The notes below the pieces were generated by a model. It searched no databases, had not been told where the DNA came from, and saw only the letters and a program-made list of their open reading frames with translations. A stretch of 64,000 nucleotides of DNA from Auanema rhodensis (taxonomy: Eukaryota; Animalia; Nematoda). Each line of letters begins with the position of its first letter. The stretch's first letter is position 1. Positions 27,371 to 42,516 of this stretch are shown one piece after another. A program made the translations under genes and the position numbers. Where the stretch lies: NCBI GenBank assembly GCA_964057225.1, contig OZ059899.1, positions 1,054,001 through 1,118,000 of the forward strand, read 5' to 3'.

Positions 27371-28642
27371 AATCCGGATCGAATGCACTATACTACATTA
27401 AGAAACGCTCAATACAAGAATTAGTTATGATCGTTTGAAAAATGATGCATTAGTGTATGTTGAGTTTCCATGTACACTCAACATTGCTTCCAAAAACATT
27501 TTGACAAAAATTTTTTCGAAAAATTTCAAGATAATTTAGCGAAAAGTAGATGTTTTTAGATTCCGTTTTTCAAGGCAAAGACGATGGACAATGTTATTCA
27601 ACGAAAAAATTAATTCTTCAGGGTGAAAATCGAGGATATAAGTGTAAACTTATATCAGTTGATATCTCGGTGCATTTTCAAGCTAGCGCAAATCTGATAA
27701 CACAGATCGACGCAGCTCAAAAATCCGCATCGAATGCACTATACTACATTAAGAAACGCTTAATACAAAAATTAGTTATGATCGTTTGAAAAATGATGCA
27801 TTAGTGTATGTTGAGTTTCCATGTACACTCAACATTGCTTCCAAAAACATTTTGACAAAAATTTTTTCGAAAAATTTCAAAATAATTTAGCGAAAAGTAG
27901 ATGTTTTTAGATTCCGTTTTTCAAGGCAAAGACGATGGACAATGTTATTCAACGAAAAAATTAATTCTTCAGGGTGAAAATCGAGGATATAAGTGTGAAC
28001 TTATATCAGTTGATATCTCGGTGCATTTTCAAACTAGCGCAAATCTGATAACACAGATCGACGCAGCTCAAAAATCCGCATCGAATGCACTATACTACAT
28101 TGAGAAACGCTTAATACAAAAATTAGTTATGTTCGTTTGAAAACTGATGCATTAGTGTATGTTGAGTTTCCATGTACACTCAACATTGCTTCCAAAAACA
28201 TTTTGACAAAAATTTTTTCGAAAAATTTCAAAATAATTTAGCGAAAAGTAGATGTTTTTAGATTCCGTTTTTCAAGGCAAAGACGATGGACAATGTTATT
28301 CATCGAAAAAATTAATTCTTCAGGGTGAAAATCGAGGATATAAGTGTGAAGTTATATCAGTTGATATCTCGGTGCATTTTCAAGCTAGCGCAAATCTGAT
28401 AACACAGATCGACGCAGCTCAAAAATCCGCATCGAATGCACTATACTACATTAAGAAACGCTTAATACAAAAATTAGTTATGATCGTTTGAAAAATGATG
28501 CATTAGTGTATGTTGAGTTTCCATGTACACTCAACATTGCTTCCAAAAACATTTTGACAAAAATTTTTTCGAAAAATTTCAAAATAATTTAGCGAAAAGT
28601 AGATGTTTTTAGATTCCGTTTTTCAAGGCAAAGACGATGGAC

Positions 28643-28906
28643 AATGTTATTCAACGAAAAAAATAATTCTTCAGGGTGAAAATCGAGGATATAAGTGTGA
28701 ACTTATATCAGTTGATATCTCGGTGCATTTTTAAGCTAGCGGAAATCTGATAACACAGATCGACGCAGCTTAAAAATGTTATTCAACGAAAAAAATAATT
28801 CTTCAGGGTGAAAATGGAGGATATAAGTGTGAACTTATATCAGTTGATATCTCGGTGCATTTTTAAGCTAGCGGAAATCTGATAACACAGATCGACGCAG
28901 CTTAAA
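28643..28906 (+). repeat. 132-bp internal tandem duplication (copy 2)
   Basis: Same junction cttaaaaatgttattc at ~28777. Confidence 0.96.
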
Positions 28907-30178
28907 AATCCGGATCGAATGCACTATACTACATTAAGAAACGCTCAATACAAGAATTAGTTATGATCGTTTGAAAAATGATGCATTAGTGTATGTTGAG
29001 TTTCCATGTACACTCAACATTGCTTCCAAAAACATTTTGACAAAAATTTTTTCGAAAAATTTCAAGATAATTTAGCGAAAAGTAGATGTTTTTAGATTCC
29101 GTTTTTCAAGGCAAAGACGATGGACAATGTTATTCAACGAAAAAATTAATTCTTCAGGGTGAAAATCGAGGATATAAGTGTAAACTTATATCAGTTGATA
29201 TCTCGGTGCATTTTCAAGCTAGCGCAAATCTGATAACACAGATCGACGCAGCTCAAAAATCCGCATCGAATCCACTATACTACATTAAGAAACGCTTAAT
29301 ACAAAAATTAGTTATGATCGTTTGAAAAATGATGCATTAGTGTATGTTGAGTTTCCATGTACACTCAACATTGCTTCCAAAAACATTTTGACAAAAATTT
29401 TTTCGAAAAATTTCAAAATAATTTAGCGAAAAGTAGATGTTTTTAGATTCCGTTTTTCAAGGCAAAGACGATGGACAATGTTATTCAACGAAAAAATTAA
29501 TTCTTCAGGGTGAAAATCGAGGATATAAGTGTGAACTTATATCAGTTGATATCTCGGTGCATTTTCAAACTAGCGCAAATCTGATAACACAGATCGACGC
29601 AGCTCAAAAATCCGCATCGAATGCACTATACTACATTGAGAAACGCTTAATACAAAAATTAGTTATGTTCGTTTGAAAACTGATGCATTAGTGTATGTTG
29701 AGTTTCCATGTACACTCAACATTGCTTCCAAAAACATTTTGACAAAAATTTTTTCGAAAAATTTCAAAATAATTTAGCGAAAAGTAGATGTTTTTAGATT
29801 CCGTTTTTCAAGGCAAAGACGATGGACAATGTTATTCATCGAAAAAATTAATTCTTCAGGGTGAAAATCGAGGATATAAGTGTGAAGTTATATCAGTTGA
29901 TATCTCGGTGCATTTTCAAGCTAGCGCAAATCTGATAACACAGATCGACGCAGCTCAAAAATCCGCATCGAATGCACTATACTACATTAAGAAACGCTTA
30001 ATACAAAAATTAGTTATGATCGTTTGAAAAATGATGCATTAGTGTATGTTGAGTTTCCATGTACACTCAACATTGCTTCCAAAAACATTTTGACAAAAAT
30101 TTTTTCGAAAAATTTCAAAATAATTTAGCGAAAAGTAGATGTTTTTAGATTCCGTTTTTCAAGGCAAAGACGATGGAC

Positions 30179-30442
30179 AATGTTATTCAACGAAAAAAAT
30201 AATTCTTCAGGGTGAAAATCGAGGATATAAGTGTGAACTTATATCAGTTGATATCTCGGTGCATTTTTAAGCTAGCGGAAATCTGATAACACAGATCGAC
30301 GCAGCTTAAAAATGTTATTCAACGAAAAAAATAATTCTTCAGGGTGAAAATGGAGGATATAAGTGTGAACTTATATCAGTTGATATCTCGGTGCATTTTT
30401 AAGCTAGCGGAAATCTGATAACACAGATCGACGCAGCTTAAA
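30179..30442 (+). repeat. 132-bp internal tandem duplication (copy 3)
   Basis: Same junction at ~30313. Confidence 0.96.
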
Positions 30443-33400
30443 AATCCGGATCGAATGCACTATACTACATTAAGAAACGCTCAATACAAGAATTAGTTAT
30501 GATCGTTTGAAAAATGATGCATTAGTGTATGTTGAGTTTCCATGTACACTCAACATTGCTTCCAAAAACATTTTGACAAAAATTTTTTCGAAAAATTTCA
30601 AGATAATTTAGCGAAAAGTAGATGTTTTTAGATTCCGTTTTTCAAGGCAAAGACGATGGACAATGTTATTCAACGAAAAAATTAATTCTTCAGGGTGAAA
30701 ATCGAGGATATAAGTGTAAACTTATATCAGTTGATATCTCGGTGCATTTTCAAGCTAGCGCAAATCTGATAACACAGATCGACGCAGCTCAAAAATCCGC
30801 ATCGAATGCACTATACTACATTAAGAAACGCTTAATACAAAAATTAGTTATGATCGTTTGAAAAATGATGCATTAGTGTATGTTGAGTTTCCATGTACAC
30901 TCAACATTGCTTCCAAAAACATTTTGACAAAAATTTTTTCGAAAAATTTCAAGATAATTTAGCGAAAAGTAGATGTTTTTAGATTCCGTTTTTCAAGGCA
31001 AAGACGATGGACAATGTTATTCAACGAAAAAATTAATTCTTCAGGGTGAAAATCGAGGATATAAGTGTGAACTTATATCAGTTGATATCTCGGTGCATTT
31101 TTAAGCTAGCGCAAATCTGATAACACAGATCGACGCAGCTCAAAAATCCGCATCGAATGCACTATACTACATTGAGAAACGCTTAATACAAAAATTAGTT
31201 ATGTTCGTTTGAAAAATGATGCATTAGTGTATGTTGAGTTTCCATGTACACTCAACATTGCTTCCAAAAACATTTTGACAAAAATTTTTTCGAAAAATTT
31301 CAAAATAATTTAGCGAAAAGTAGATGTTTTTAGATTTCGTTTTTCAAGGCAAAGACGATGGACAATGTTATTCATCGAAAAAATTAATTCTTCAGGGTGA
31401 AAATCGAGGATATAAGTGTGAACTTATATCAGTTGATATCTCGGTGCATTTTTAAGCTAGCGCAAATCTGATAACACAGATCGACGCAGCTCAAAAATCC
31501 GCATTGAATGCACTATACTACATTGAGAAACGCTTAATACAAAAATTAGTTATGATCGTTTGAAAAATGATGCATTAGTGTATGTTGAGTTTCCATGTAC
31601 ACTCAACATTGCTTCCAAAAACATTTTGACAAAAATTTTTTCGAAAAATTTCAAGATAATTTAGCGAAAAGTAGATGTTTTTAGATTCCGTTTTTCAAGG
31701 CAAAGACGATGGACAATGTTATTCGACGAAAAAATTAATTCTTCAGGGTGAAAATCGAGGATATAAGTGTAAACTGATATCAGTTGATATCTCGGTGCAT
31801 TTTCAAGCTAGCGCAAATCTGATAACACAGATCGACGCAGCTCAAAAATCCGCATCGAATGCACTATACTACATTAAGAAACGCTTAATACAAAAATTAG
31901 TTATGATCGTTTGAAAAATGATGCATTAGTGTATGTTGAGTTTCCATGTACACTCAACATTGCTTCCAAAAACATTTTGACAAAAATTTTTTCGAAAAAT
32001 TTCAAGATAATTTAGCGAAAAGTAGATGTTTTTAGATTCCGTTTTTCAAGGCAAAGACGATGGACAATGTTATTCAACGAAAAAATTAATTCTTCAGGGT
32101 GAAAATCGAGGATATAAGTGTGAACTTATATCAGTTGATATCTCGGTGCATTTTTAAGCTAGCGCAAATCTGATAACACAGATCGACGCAGCTCAAAAAT
32201 CCGCATCGAATGCACTATACTACATTGAGAAACGCTTAATACAAAAATTAGTTATGTTCGTTTGAAAAATGATGCATTAGTGTATGTTGAGTTTCCATGT
32301 ACACTCAACATTGCTTCCAAAAACATTTTGACAAAAATTTTTTCGAAAAATTTCAAAATAATTTAGCGAAAAGTAGATGTTTTTAGATTCCGTTTTTCAA
32401 GGCAAAGACGATGGACAATGTTATTCATCGAAAAAATTAATTCTTCAGGGTGAAAATCGAGGATATAAGTGTGAACTTATATCAGTTGATATCTCGGTGC
32501 ATTTTTAAGCTAGCGCAAATCTGATAACACAGATCGACGCAGCTCAAAAATCCGCATTGAATGCACTATACTACATTGAGAAACGCTTAATACAAAAATT
32601 AGTTATGATCGTTTGAAAAATGATGCATTAGTGTATGTTGAGTTTCCATGTACACTCAACATTGCTTCCAAAAACATTTTGACAAAAATTTTTTCGAAAA
32701 ATTTCAAGATAATTTAGCGAAAAGTAGATGTTTTTAGATTCCGTTTTTCAAGGCAAAGACGATGGACAATGTTATTCAACGAAAAAATTAATTCTTCAGG
32801 GTGAAAATCGAGGATATAAGTGTGAACTTATATCAGTTGATATCTCGGTGCATTTTTAAGCTAGCGCAAATCTGATAACACAGATCGACGCAGCTCAAAA
32901 ATCCGCATCGAATGCACTATACTACATTGAGAAACGCTTAATACAAAAATTAGTTATGTTCGTTTGAAAAATGATGCATTAGTGTATGTTGAGTTTCCAT
33001 GTACACTCAACATTGCTTCCAAAAACATTTTGACAAAAATTTTTTCGAAAAATTTCAAGATAATTTAGCGAAAAGTAGATGTTTTTAGATTCCGTTTTTC
33101 AAGGCAAAGACGATGGACAATGTTATTCAACGAAAAAATTAATTCTTCAGGGTGAAAATCGAGGATATAAGTGTAAACTTATATCAGTTGATATCTCGGT
33201 GCATTTTCAAGCTAGCGCAAATCTGATAACACAGATCGACGCAGCTCAAAAATCCGCATCGAATGCACTATACTACATTAAGAAACGCTTAATACAAAAA
33301 TTAGTTATGATCGTTTGAAAAATGATGCATTAGTGTATGTTGAGTTTCCATGTACACTCAACATTGCTTCCAAAAACATTTTGACAAAAATTTTTTCGAA

Positions 33401-36400
33401 AAATTTCAAGATAATTTAGCGAAAAGTAGATGTTTTTAGATTCCGTTTTTCAAGGCAAAGACGATGGACAATGTTATTCAACGAAAAAATTAATTCTTCA
33501 GGGTGAAAATCGAGGATATAAGTGTAAACTTATATCAGTTGATATCTCGGTGCATTTTCAAGCTAGCGCAAATCTGATAACACAGATCGACGCAGCTCAA
33601 AAATCCGCATCGAATGCACTATACTACATTAAGAAACGCTTAATACAAAAATTAGTTATGATCGTTTGAAAAATGATGCATTAGTGTATGTTGAGTTTCC
33701 ATGTACACTCAACATTGCTTCCAAAAACATTTTGACAAAAATTTTTTCGAAAAATTTCAAGATAATTTAGCGAAAAGTAGATGTTTTTAGATTCCGTTTT
33801 TCAAGGCAAAGACGATGGACAATGTTATTCAACGAAACAATTAATTCTTCAGGGTGAAAATCGAGGATATAAGTGTGAACTTATATCAGTTGATATCTCG
33901 GTGCATTTTTAAGCTAGCGCAAATCTGATAACACAGATCGACGCAGCTCAAAAATCCGCATTGAATGCACTATACTACATTGAGAAACGCTTAATACAAA
34001 AATTAGTTATGATCGTTTGAAAAATGATGCATTAGTGTATGTTGAGTTTCCATGTACACTCAACATTGCTTCCAAAAACATTTTGACAAAAATTTTTTCG
34101 AAAAATTTCAAGATAATTTAGCGAAAAGTAGATGTTTTTAGATTCCGTTTTTCAAGGCAAAGACGATGGACAATGTTATTCAACGAAAAAATTAATTCTT
34201 CAGGGTGAAAATCGAGGATATAAGTGTGAACTTATATCAGTTGATATCTCGGTGCATTTTTAAGCTAGCGCAAATCTGATAACACAGATCGACGCAGCTC
34301 AAAAATCCGCATCGAATGCACTATACTACATTGAGAAACGCTTAATACAAAAATTAGTTATGTTCGTTTGAAAAATGATGCATTAGTGTATGTTGAGTTT
34401 CCATGTACACTCAACATTGCTTCCAAAAACATTTTGACAAAAATTTTTTCGAAAAATTTCAAAATAATTTAGCGAAAAGTAGATGTTTTTAGATTCCGTT
34501 TTTCAAGGCAAAGACGATGGACAATGTTATTCAACGAAAAAATTAATTCTTCAGGGTGAAAATCGAGGATATAAGTGTGAACTTATATCAGTTGATATCT
34601 CGGTGCATTTTTAAGCTAGCGCAAATCTGATAACACAGATCGACGCAGCTCAAAAATCCGCATCGAATGCACTATACTACATTGAGAAACGCTTAATACA
34701 AAAATTAGTTATGTTCGTTTGAAAAATGATGCATTAGTGTATGTTGAGTTTCCATGTACACTCAACATTGCTTCCAAAAACATTTTGACAAAAATTTTTT
34801 CGAAAAATTTCAAAATAATTTAGCGAAAAGTAGATGTTTTTAGATTTCGTTTTTCAAGGCAAAGACGATGGACAATGTTATTCATCGAAAAAATTAATTC
34901 TTCAGGGTGAAAATCGAGGATATAAGTGTGAACTTATATCAGTTGATATCTCGGTGCATTTTTAAGCTAGCGCAAATCTGATAACACAGATCGACGCAGC
35001 TCAAAAATCCGCATTGAATGCACTATACTACATTGAGAAACGCTTAATACAAAAATTAGTTATGATCGTTTGAAAAATGATGCATTAGTGTATGTTGAGT
35101 TTCCATGTACACTCAACATTGCTTCCAAAAACATTTTGACAAAAATTTTTTCGAAAAATTTCAAGATAATTTAGCGAAAAGTAGATGTTTTTAGATTCCG
35201 TTTTTCAAGGCAAAGACGATGGACAATGTTATTCATCGAAAAAATTAATTCTTCAGGGTGAAAATCGAGGATATAAGTGTGAACTTATATCAGTTGATAT
35301 CTCGGTGCATTTTCAAGCTAGCGCAAATCTGATAACACAGATCGACGCAGCTCAAAAATCCGCATTGAATGCACTATACTACATTGAGAAACGCTTAATA
35401 CAAAAATTAGTTATGATCGTTTGAAAAATGATGCATTAGTGTATGTTGAGTTTCCATGTACACTCAACATTGCTTCCAAAAACATTTTGACAAAAATTTT
35501 TTCGAAAAATTTCAAGATAATTTAGCGAAAAGTAGATGTTTTTAGATTCCGTTTTTCAAGGCAAAGACGATGGACAATGTTATTCAACGAAAAAAATAAT
35601 TCTTCAGGGTGAAAATCGAGGATATAAGTGTAAACTTATATCAGTTGATATCTCGGTGCATTTTCAAGCTAGCGCAAATCTGATAACACAGATCGACGCA
35701 GCTCAAAAATCCGCATCGAATGCACTATACTACATTAAGAAACGCTTAATACAAAAATTAGTTATGATCGTTTGAAAAATGATGCATTAGTGTATGTTGA
35801 GTTTCCATGTACACTCAACATTGCTTCCAAAAACATTTTGACAAAAATTTTTTCGAAAAATTTCAAGATAATTTAGCGAAAAGTAGATGTTTTTAGATTC
35901 CGTTTTTCAAGGCAAAGACGATGGACAATGTTATTCAACGAAAAAATTAATTCTTCAGGGTGAAAATCGAGGATATAAGTGTGAACTTATATCAGTTGAT
36001 ATCTCGGTGCATTTTTAAGCTAGCGCAAATCTGATAACACAGATCGACGCAGCTCAAAAATCCGCATTGAATGCACTATACTACATTGAGAAACGCTTAA
36101 TACAAAAATTAGTTATGATCGTTTGAAAAATGATGCATTAGTGTATGTTGAGTTTCCATGTACACTCAACATTGCTTCCAAAAACATTTTGACAAAAATT
36201 TTTTCGAAAAATTTCAAGATAATTTAGCGAAAAGTAGATGTTTTTAGATTCCGTTTTTCAAGGCAAAGACGATGGACAATGTTATTCAACGAAAAAATTA
36301 ATTCTTCAGGGTGAAAATCGAGGATATAAGTGTGAACTTATATCAGTTGATATCTCGGTGCATTTTTAAGCTAGCGCAAATCTGATAACACAGATCGACG

Positions 36401-39400
36401 CAGCTCAAAAATCCGCATCGAATGCACTATACTACATTGAGAAACGCTTAATACAAAAATTAGTTATGTTCGTTTGAAAAATGATGCATTAGTGTATGTT
36501 GAGTTTCCATGTACACTCAACATTGCTTCCAAAAACATTTTGACAAAAATTTTTTCGAAAAATTTCAAAATAATTTAGCGAAAAGTAGATGTTTTTAGAT
36601 TCCGTTTTTCAAGGCAAAGACGATGGACAATGTTATTCATCGAAAAAATTAATTCTTCAGGGTGAAAATCGAGGATATAAGTGTGAACTTATATCAGTTG
36701 ATATCTCGGTGCATTTTTAAGCTAGCGCAAATCTGATAACACAGATCGACGCAGCTCAAAAATCCGCATTAAATGCACTATACTACATTGAGAAACGCTT
36801 AATACAAAAATTAGTTATGATCGTTTGAAAAATGATGCATTAGTGTATGTTGAGTTTCCATGTACACTCAACATTGCTTCCAAAAACATTTTGACAAAAA
36901 TTTTTTCGAAAAATTTCAAGATAATTTAGCGAAAAGTAGATGTTTTTAGATTCCGTTTTTCAAGGCAAAGACGATGGACAATGTTATTCAACGAAAAAAT
37001 TAATTCTTCAGGGTGAAAATCGAGGATATAAGTGTAAACTTATATCAGTTGATATTTCGGTGCATTTTCAAGCTAGCGCAAATCTGATAACACAGATCGA
37101 CGCAGCTCAAAAATCCGCATCGAATGCACTATACTACATTAAGAAACGCTTAATACAAAAATTAGTTATGATCGTTTGAAAAATGATGCATTAGTGTATT
37201 TTGAGTTTCCATGTACACTCAACATTGCTTCCAAAAACATTTTGACAAAAATTTTTTCGAAAAATTTCAAGATAATTTAGCGAAAAGTAGATGTTTTTAG
37301 ATTCCGTTTTTCAAGGCAAAGACGATGGACAATGTTATTCAACGAAAAAATTAATTCTTCAGGGTGAAAATCGAGGATATAAGTGTGAACTTATATCAGT
37401 TGATATCTCGGTGCATTTTCAAGCTAGCGCAAATCTGATAACACAGATCGACGCAGCTCAAAAATCCGCATCGAATGCACTATACTACATTGAGAAACGC
37501 TTAATACAAAAATTAGTTATGTTCGTTTGAAAAATGATGCATTAGTGTATGTTGAGTTTCCATGTACACTCAACATTGCTTCCAAAAACATTTTGACAAA
37601 AATTTTTTCGAAAAATTTCAAAATAATTTAGCGAAAAGTAGATGTTTTTAGATTCCGTTTTTCAAGGAAAAGACGATGGACAATGTTATTCAACGAAAAA
37701 ATTAATTCTTCAGGGTGAAAATCGAGGATATAAGTGTGAACTTATATCAGTTGATATCTCGGTGCATTTTCAAGCTAGCGCAAATCTGATAACACAGATC
37801 GACGCAGCTCAAAAATCCGCATCGAATGCACTATACTACATTGAGAAACGCTTAATACAAAAATTAGTTATGTTCGTTTGAAAAATGATGCATTAGTGTA
37901 TGTTGAGTTTCCATGTACACTCAACATTGCTTCCAAAAACATTTTGACAAAAATTTTTTCGAAAAATTTCAAAATAATTTAGCGAAAAGTAGATGTTTTT
38001 AGATTCCGTTTTTCAAGGCAAAGACGATGGACAATGTTATTCAACGAAAAAATTAATTCTTCAGGGTGAAAATCGAGGATATAAGTGTGAACTTATATCA
38101 GTTGATATCTCGGTGCATTTTCAAGCTAGCGCAGATCTGATAACACAGATCGACGCAGCTCAAAAATCCGCATCGAATGCACTATACTACATTGAGAAAC
38201 GCTTAATACAAAAATTAGTTATGATCGTTTGAAAAATGATGCATTAGTGTATGTTGAGTTTCCATGTACACTCAACATTGCTTCCAAAAACATTTTGACA
38301 AAAATTTTTTCGAAAAATTTCAAGATAATTTAGCGAAAAGTAGATGTTTTTAGATTCCGTTTTTCAAGGCAAAGACGATGGACAATGTTATTCAACGAAA
38401 AAAATAATTCTTCAGGGTGAAAATTGAGGATATAAGTGTGAACTTATATCAGTTGATATCTCGGTGCATTTTTAAGCTAGCGCAAATCTGATAACACAGA
38501 TCGACGCAGCTCAAAAATCCGCATCGAATGCACTATACTACATTGAGAAACGCTTAATACAAAAATTAGTTATGATCGTTTGAAAAATGATGCATTAGTG
38601 TATGTTGAGTTTCCATGTACACTCAACATTGCTTCCAAAAACATTTTGACAAAAATTTTTTCGAAAAATTTCAAGATAATTTAGCGAAAAGTAGATGTTT
38701 TTAGATTCCGTTTTTCAAGGTAAAGACGATGGACAATGTTATTCAACGAAAAAATTAATTCTTCAGGGTGAAAATCGAGGATATAAGTGTGAACTTATAT
38801 CAGTTGATATCTCGGTGCATTTTCAAGCTAGCGCAAATCTGATAACACAGATCGACGCAGCTCAAAAATCCGCATCGAATGCACTATACTACATTAAGAA
38901 ACGCTTAATACAAAAATTAGTTATGATCGTTTGAAAAATGATGCATTAGTGTATGTTGAGTTTCCATGTACACTCAACATTGCTTCCAAAAACATTTTGA
39001 CAAAAATTTTTTCGAAAAATTTCAAAATAATTTAGCAAAAAGTAGATGTTTTTAGATTCCGTTTTTCAAGGCAAAGACGATGGACAATGTTATTCAACGA
39101 AAAAAATAATTCTTCAGGGTGAAAATCGAGGATATAAGTGTGAACTTATATCAGTTGATATCTCGGTGCATTTTTAAGCTAGCGCAAATCTGATAACACA
39201 GATCGACGTAGCTTAAAAATCCGCATCGAATGCACTATACTACATTGAGAAACGCTTAATACAAAAATTAGTTATGATCGTTTGAAAAATGATGCATTAG
39301 TGTATGTTGAGTTTCCATGTACACTCAACATTGCTTCCAAAAACATTTTGACAAAAATTTTTTCGAAAAATTTCAAGATAATTTAGCGAAAAGTAGATGT

Positions 39401-42400
39401 TTTTAGATTCCGTTTTTCAAGGCAAAGACGATGGACAATGTTATTCAACGAAAAAATTAATTCTTCAGGGTGAAAATCGAGGATATAAGTGTGAACTTAT
39501 ATCAGTTGATATCTCGGTGCATTTTCAAGCTAGCGCAAATCTGATAACACAGATCGACGCAGCTCAAAAATCCGCATCGAATGCACTATACTACATTGAG
39601 AAACGCTTAATACAAAAATTAGTTATGTTCGTTTGAAAAATGATGCATTAGTGTATGTTGAGTTTCCATGTACACTCAACATTGCTTCCAAAAACATTTT
39701 GACAAAAATTTTTTCGAAAAATTTCAAAATAATTTAGCGAAAAGTAGATGTTTTTAGATTCCGTTTTTCAAGGCAAAGACGATGGACAATGTCATTCATC
39801 GAAAAAATTAATTCTTCAGGGTGAAAATCGAGGATATAAGTGTGAACTTATATCAGTTGATATCTCGGTGCATTTTTAAGCTAGCGCAAATCTGATAACA
39901 CAGATCGACGCAGCTCAAAAATCCGCATTGAATGCACTATACTACATTGAGAAACGCTCAATACAAAAATTAGTTATGATCGTTTGAAAAATGATGCATT
40001 AGTGTATGTTGAGTTTCCATGTACACTCAACATTGCTTCCAAAAACATTTTGACAAAAATTTTTTCGAAAAATTTCAAGATAATTTAGCGAAAAGTAGAT
40101 GTTTTTAGATTCCGTTTTTCAAGGCAAAGACGATGGACAATGTTATTCAACGAAAAAATTAATTCTTCAGGGTGAAAATCGAGGATATAAGTGTGAACTT
40201 ATATCAGTTGATATCTCGGTGCATTTTCAAGCTAGCGCAAATCTGATAACACAGATCGACGCAGCTCAAAAATCCGCATCGAATGCACTATACTACATTA
40301 AGAAACGCTTAATACAAAAATTAGTTATGATCGTTTGAAAAATGATGCATTAGTGTATGTTGAGTTTCCATGTACACTCAACATTGCTTCCAAAAACATT
40401 TTGACAAAAATTTTTTCGAAAAATTTCAAAATAATTTAGCGAAAAGTAGATGTTTTTAGATTCCGTTTTTCAAGGCAAAGACGATGGACAATGTTATTCA
40501 ACGAAAAAAATAATTCTTCAGGGTGAAAATCGAGGATATAAGTGTGAACTTATATCAGTTGATATCTCGGTGCATTTTTAAGCTAGCGCAAATCTGATAA
40601 CACAGATCGACGCAGCTTAAAAATCCGCATCGAATGCACTATACTACATCAAGAAACGCTTAATACAAAAATTAGTTATGATCGTTTGAAAAATGATGCA
40701 TTAGTGTATGTTGAGTTTCCATGTACACTCAACATTGCTTCCAAAAACATTTTGACAAAAATTTTTTCGAAAAATTTCAAAATAATTTAGCGAAAAGTAG
40801 ATGTTTTTAGATTCCGTTTTTCAAGGCAAAGACGATGGACAATGTTATTCAACGAAAAAAATAATTCTTCAGGGTGAAAATCGAGGATATAAGTGTGAAC
40901 TTATATCAGTTGATATCTCGGTGCATTTTTAAGCTAGCGCAAATCTGATAACACAGATCGACGCAGCTTAAAAATCCGCATCGAATGCACTATACTACAT
41001 CAAGAAACGCTTAATACAAAAATTAGTTATGATCGTTTGAAAAATGATGCATTAGTGTATGTTGAGTTTCCATGTACACTCAACATTGCTTCCAAAAACA
41101 TTTTGACAAAAATTTTTTCGAAAAATTTCAAAATAATTTAGCGAAAAGTAGATGTTTTTAGATTCCGTTTTTCAAGGCAAAGACGATGGACAATGTTATT
41201 CAACGAAAAAAATAATTCTTCAGGGTGAAAATCGAGGATATAAGTGTGAACTTATATCAGTTGATATCTCGGTGCATTTTTAAGCTAGCGCAAATCTGAT
41301 AACACAGATCGACGTAGCTTAAAAATCCGCATCGAATGCACTATACTACATTGAGAAACGCTTAATACAAAAATTAGTTATGATCGTTTGAAAAATGATG
41401 CATTAGTGTATGTTGAGTTTCCATGTACACTCAACATTGCTTCCAAAAACATTTTGACAAAAATTTTTTCGAAAAATTTCAAGATAATTTAGCGAAAAGT
41501 AGATGTTTTTAGCTTCCGTTTTTCAAGGCAAAGACGATGGACAATGTTATTCAAAAAAAAAATTAATTCTTCAGGGTGAAAATCGAGGATATAAGTGTGA
41601 ACTTATATCAGTTGATATCTCGGTGCATTTTCAAGCTAGCGCAAATCTGATAACACAGATCGACGCAGCTCAAAAATCCGCATCGAATGCACTATACTAC
41701 ATTGAGAAACGCTTAATACAAAAATTAGTTATGCTCGTTTGAAAAATGATGCATTAGTGTATGTTGAGTTTCCATGTACACTCAACATTGCTTCCAAAAA
41801 CATTTTGACAAAAATTTTTTCGAAAAATTTCAAAATAATTTAGCGAAAAGTAGATGTTTTTAGATTCCGTTTTTCAAGGCAAAGACGATGGACAATGTTA
41901 TTCATCGAAAAAATTAATTCTTCAGGGTGAAAATCGAGGATATAAGTGTGAACTTATATCAGTTGATATCTCGGTGCATTTTTAAGCTAGCGCAAATCTG
42001 ATAACACAGATCGACGCAGCTCAAAAATCCGCATTGAATGCACTATACTACATTGAGAAACGCTTAATACAAAAATTAGTTATGATCGTTTGAAAAATGA
42101 TGCATTAGTGTATGTTGAGTTTCCATGTACACTCAACATTGCTTCCAAAAACATTTTGACAAAAATTTTTTCGAAAAATTTCAAGATAATTTAGCGAAAA
42201 GTAGATGTTTTTAGCTTCCGTTTTTCAAGGCAAAGACGATGGACAATGTTATTCAACGAAAAAATTAATTCTTCAGGGTGAAAATCGAGGATATAAGTGT
42301 GAACTTATATCAGTTGATATCTCGGTGCATTTTCAAGCTAGCGCAAATCTGATAACACAGATCGACGCAGCTCAAAAATCCGCATCGAATGCACTATACT

Positions 42401-42516
42401 ACATTGAGAAACGCTTAATACAAAAATTAGTTATGCTCGTTTGAAAAATGATGCATTAGTGTATGTTGAGTTTCCATGTACACTCAACATTGCTTCCAAA
42501 AACATTTTGACAAAAA

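Larger units (their letters stand above)
27028..30933 (+). repeat. 1536-bp higher-order repeat (483+351+351+351), about 2.5 copies
   Basis: Duplication junctions at 27241, 28777 and 30313 are 1536 apart. ORF triplets 27550/27901/28252 and 29086/29437/29788 share SNPs (gtgtAaact, aaActag, gaaGttat, gaaaaCtg). Confidence 0.95.
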
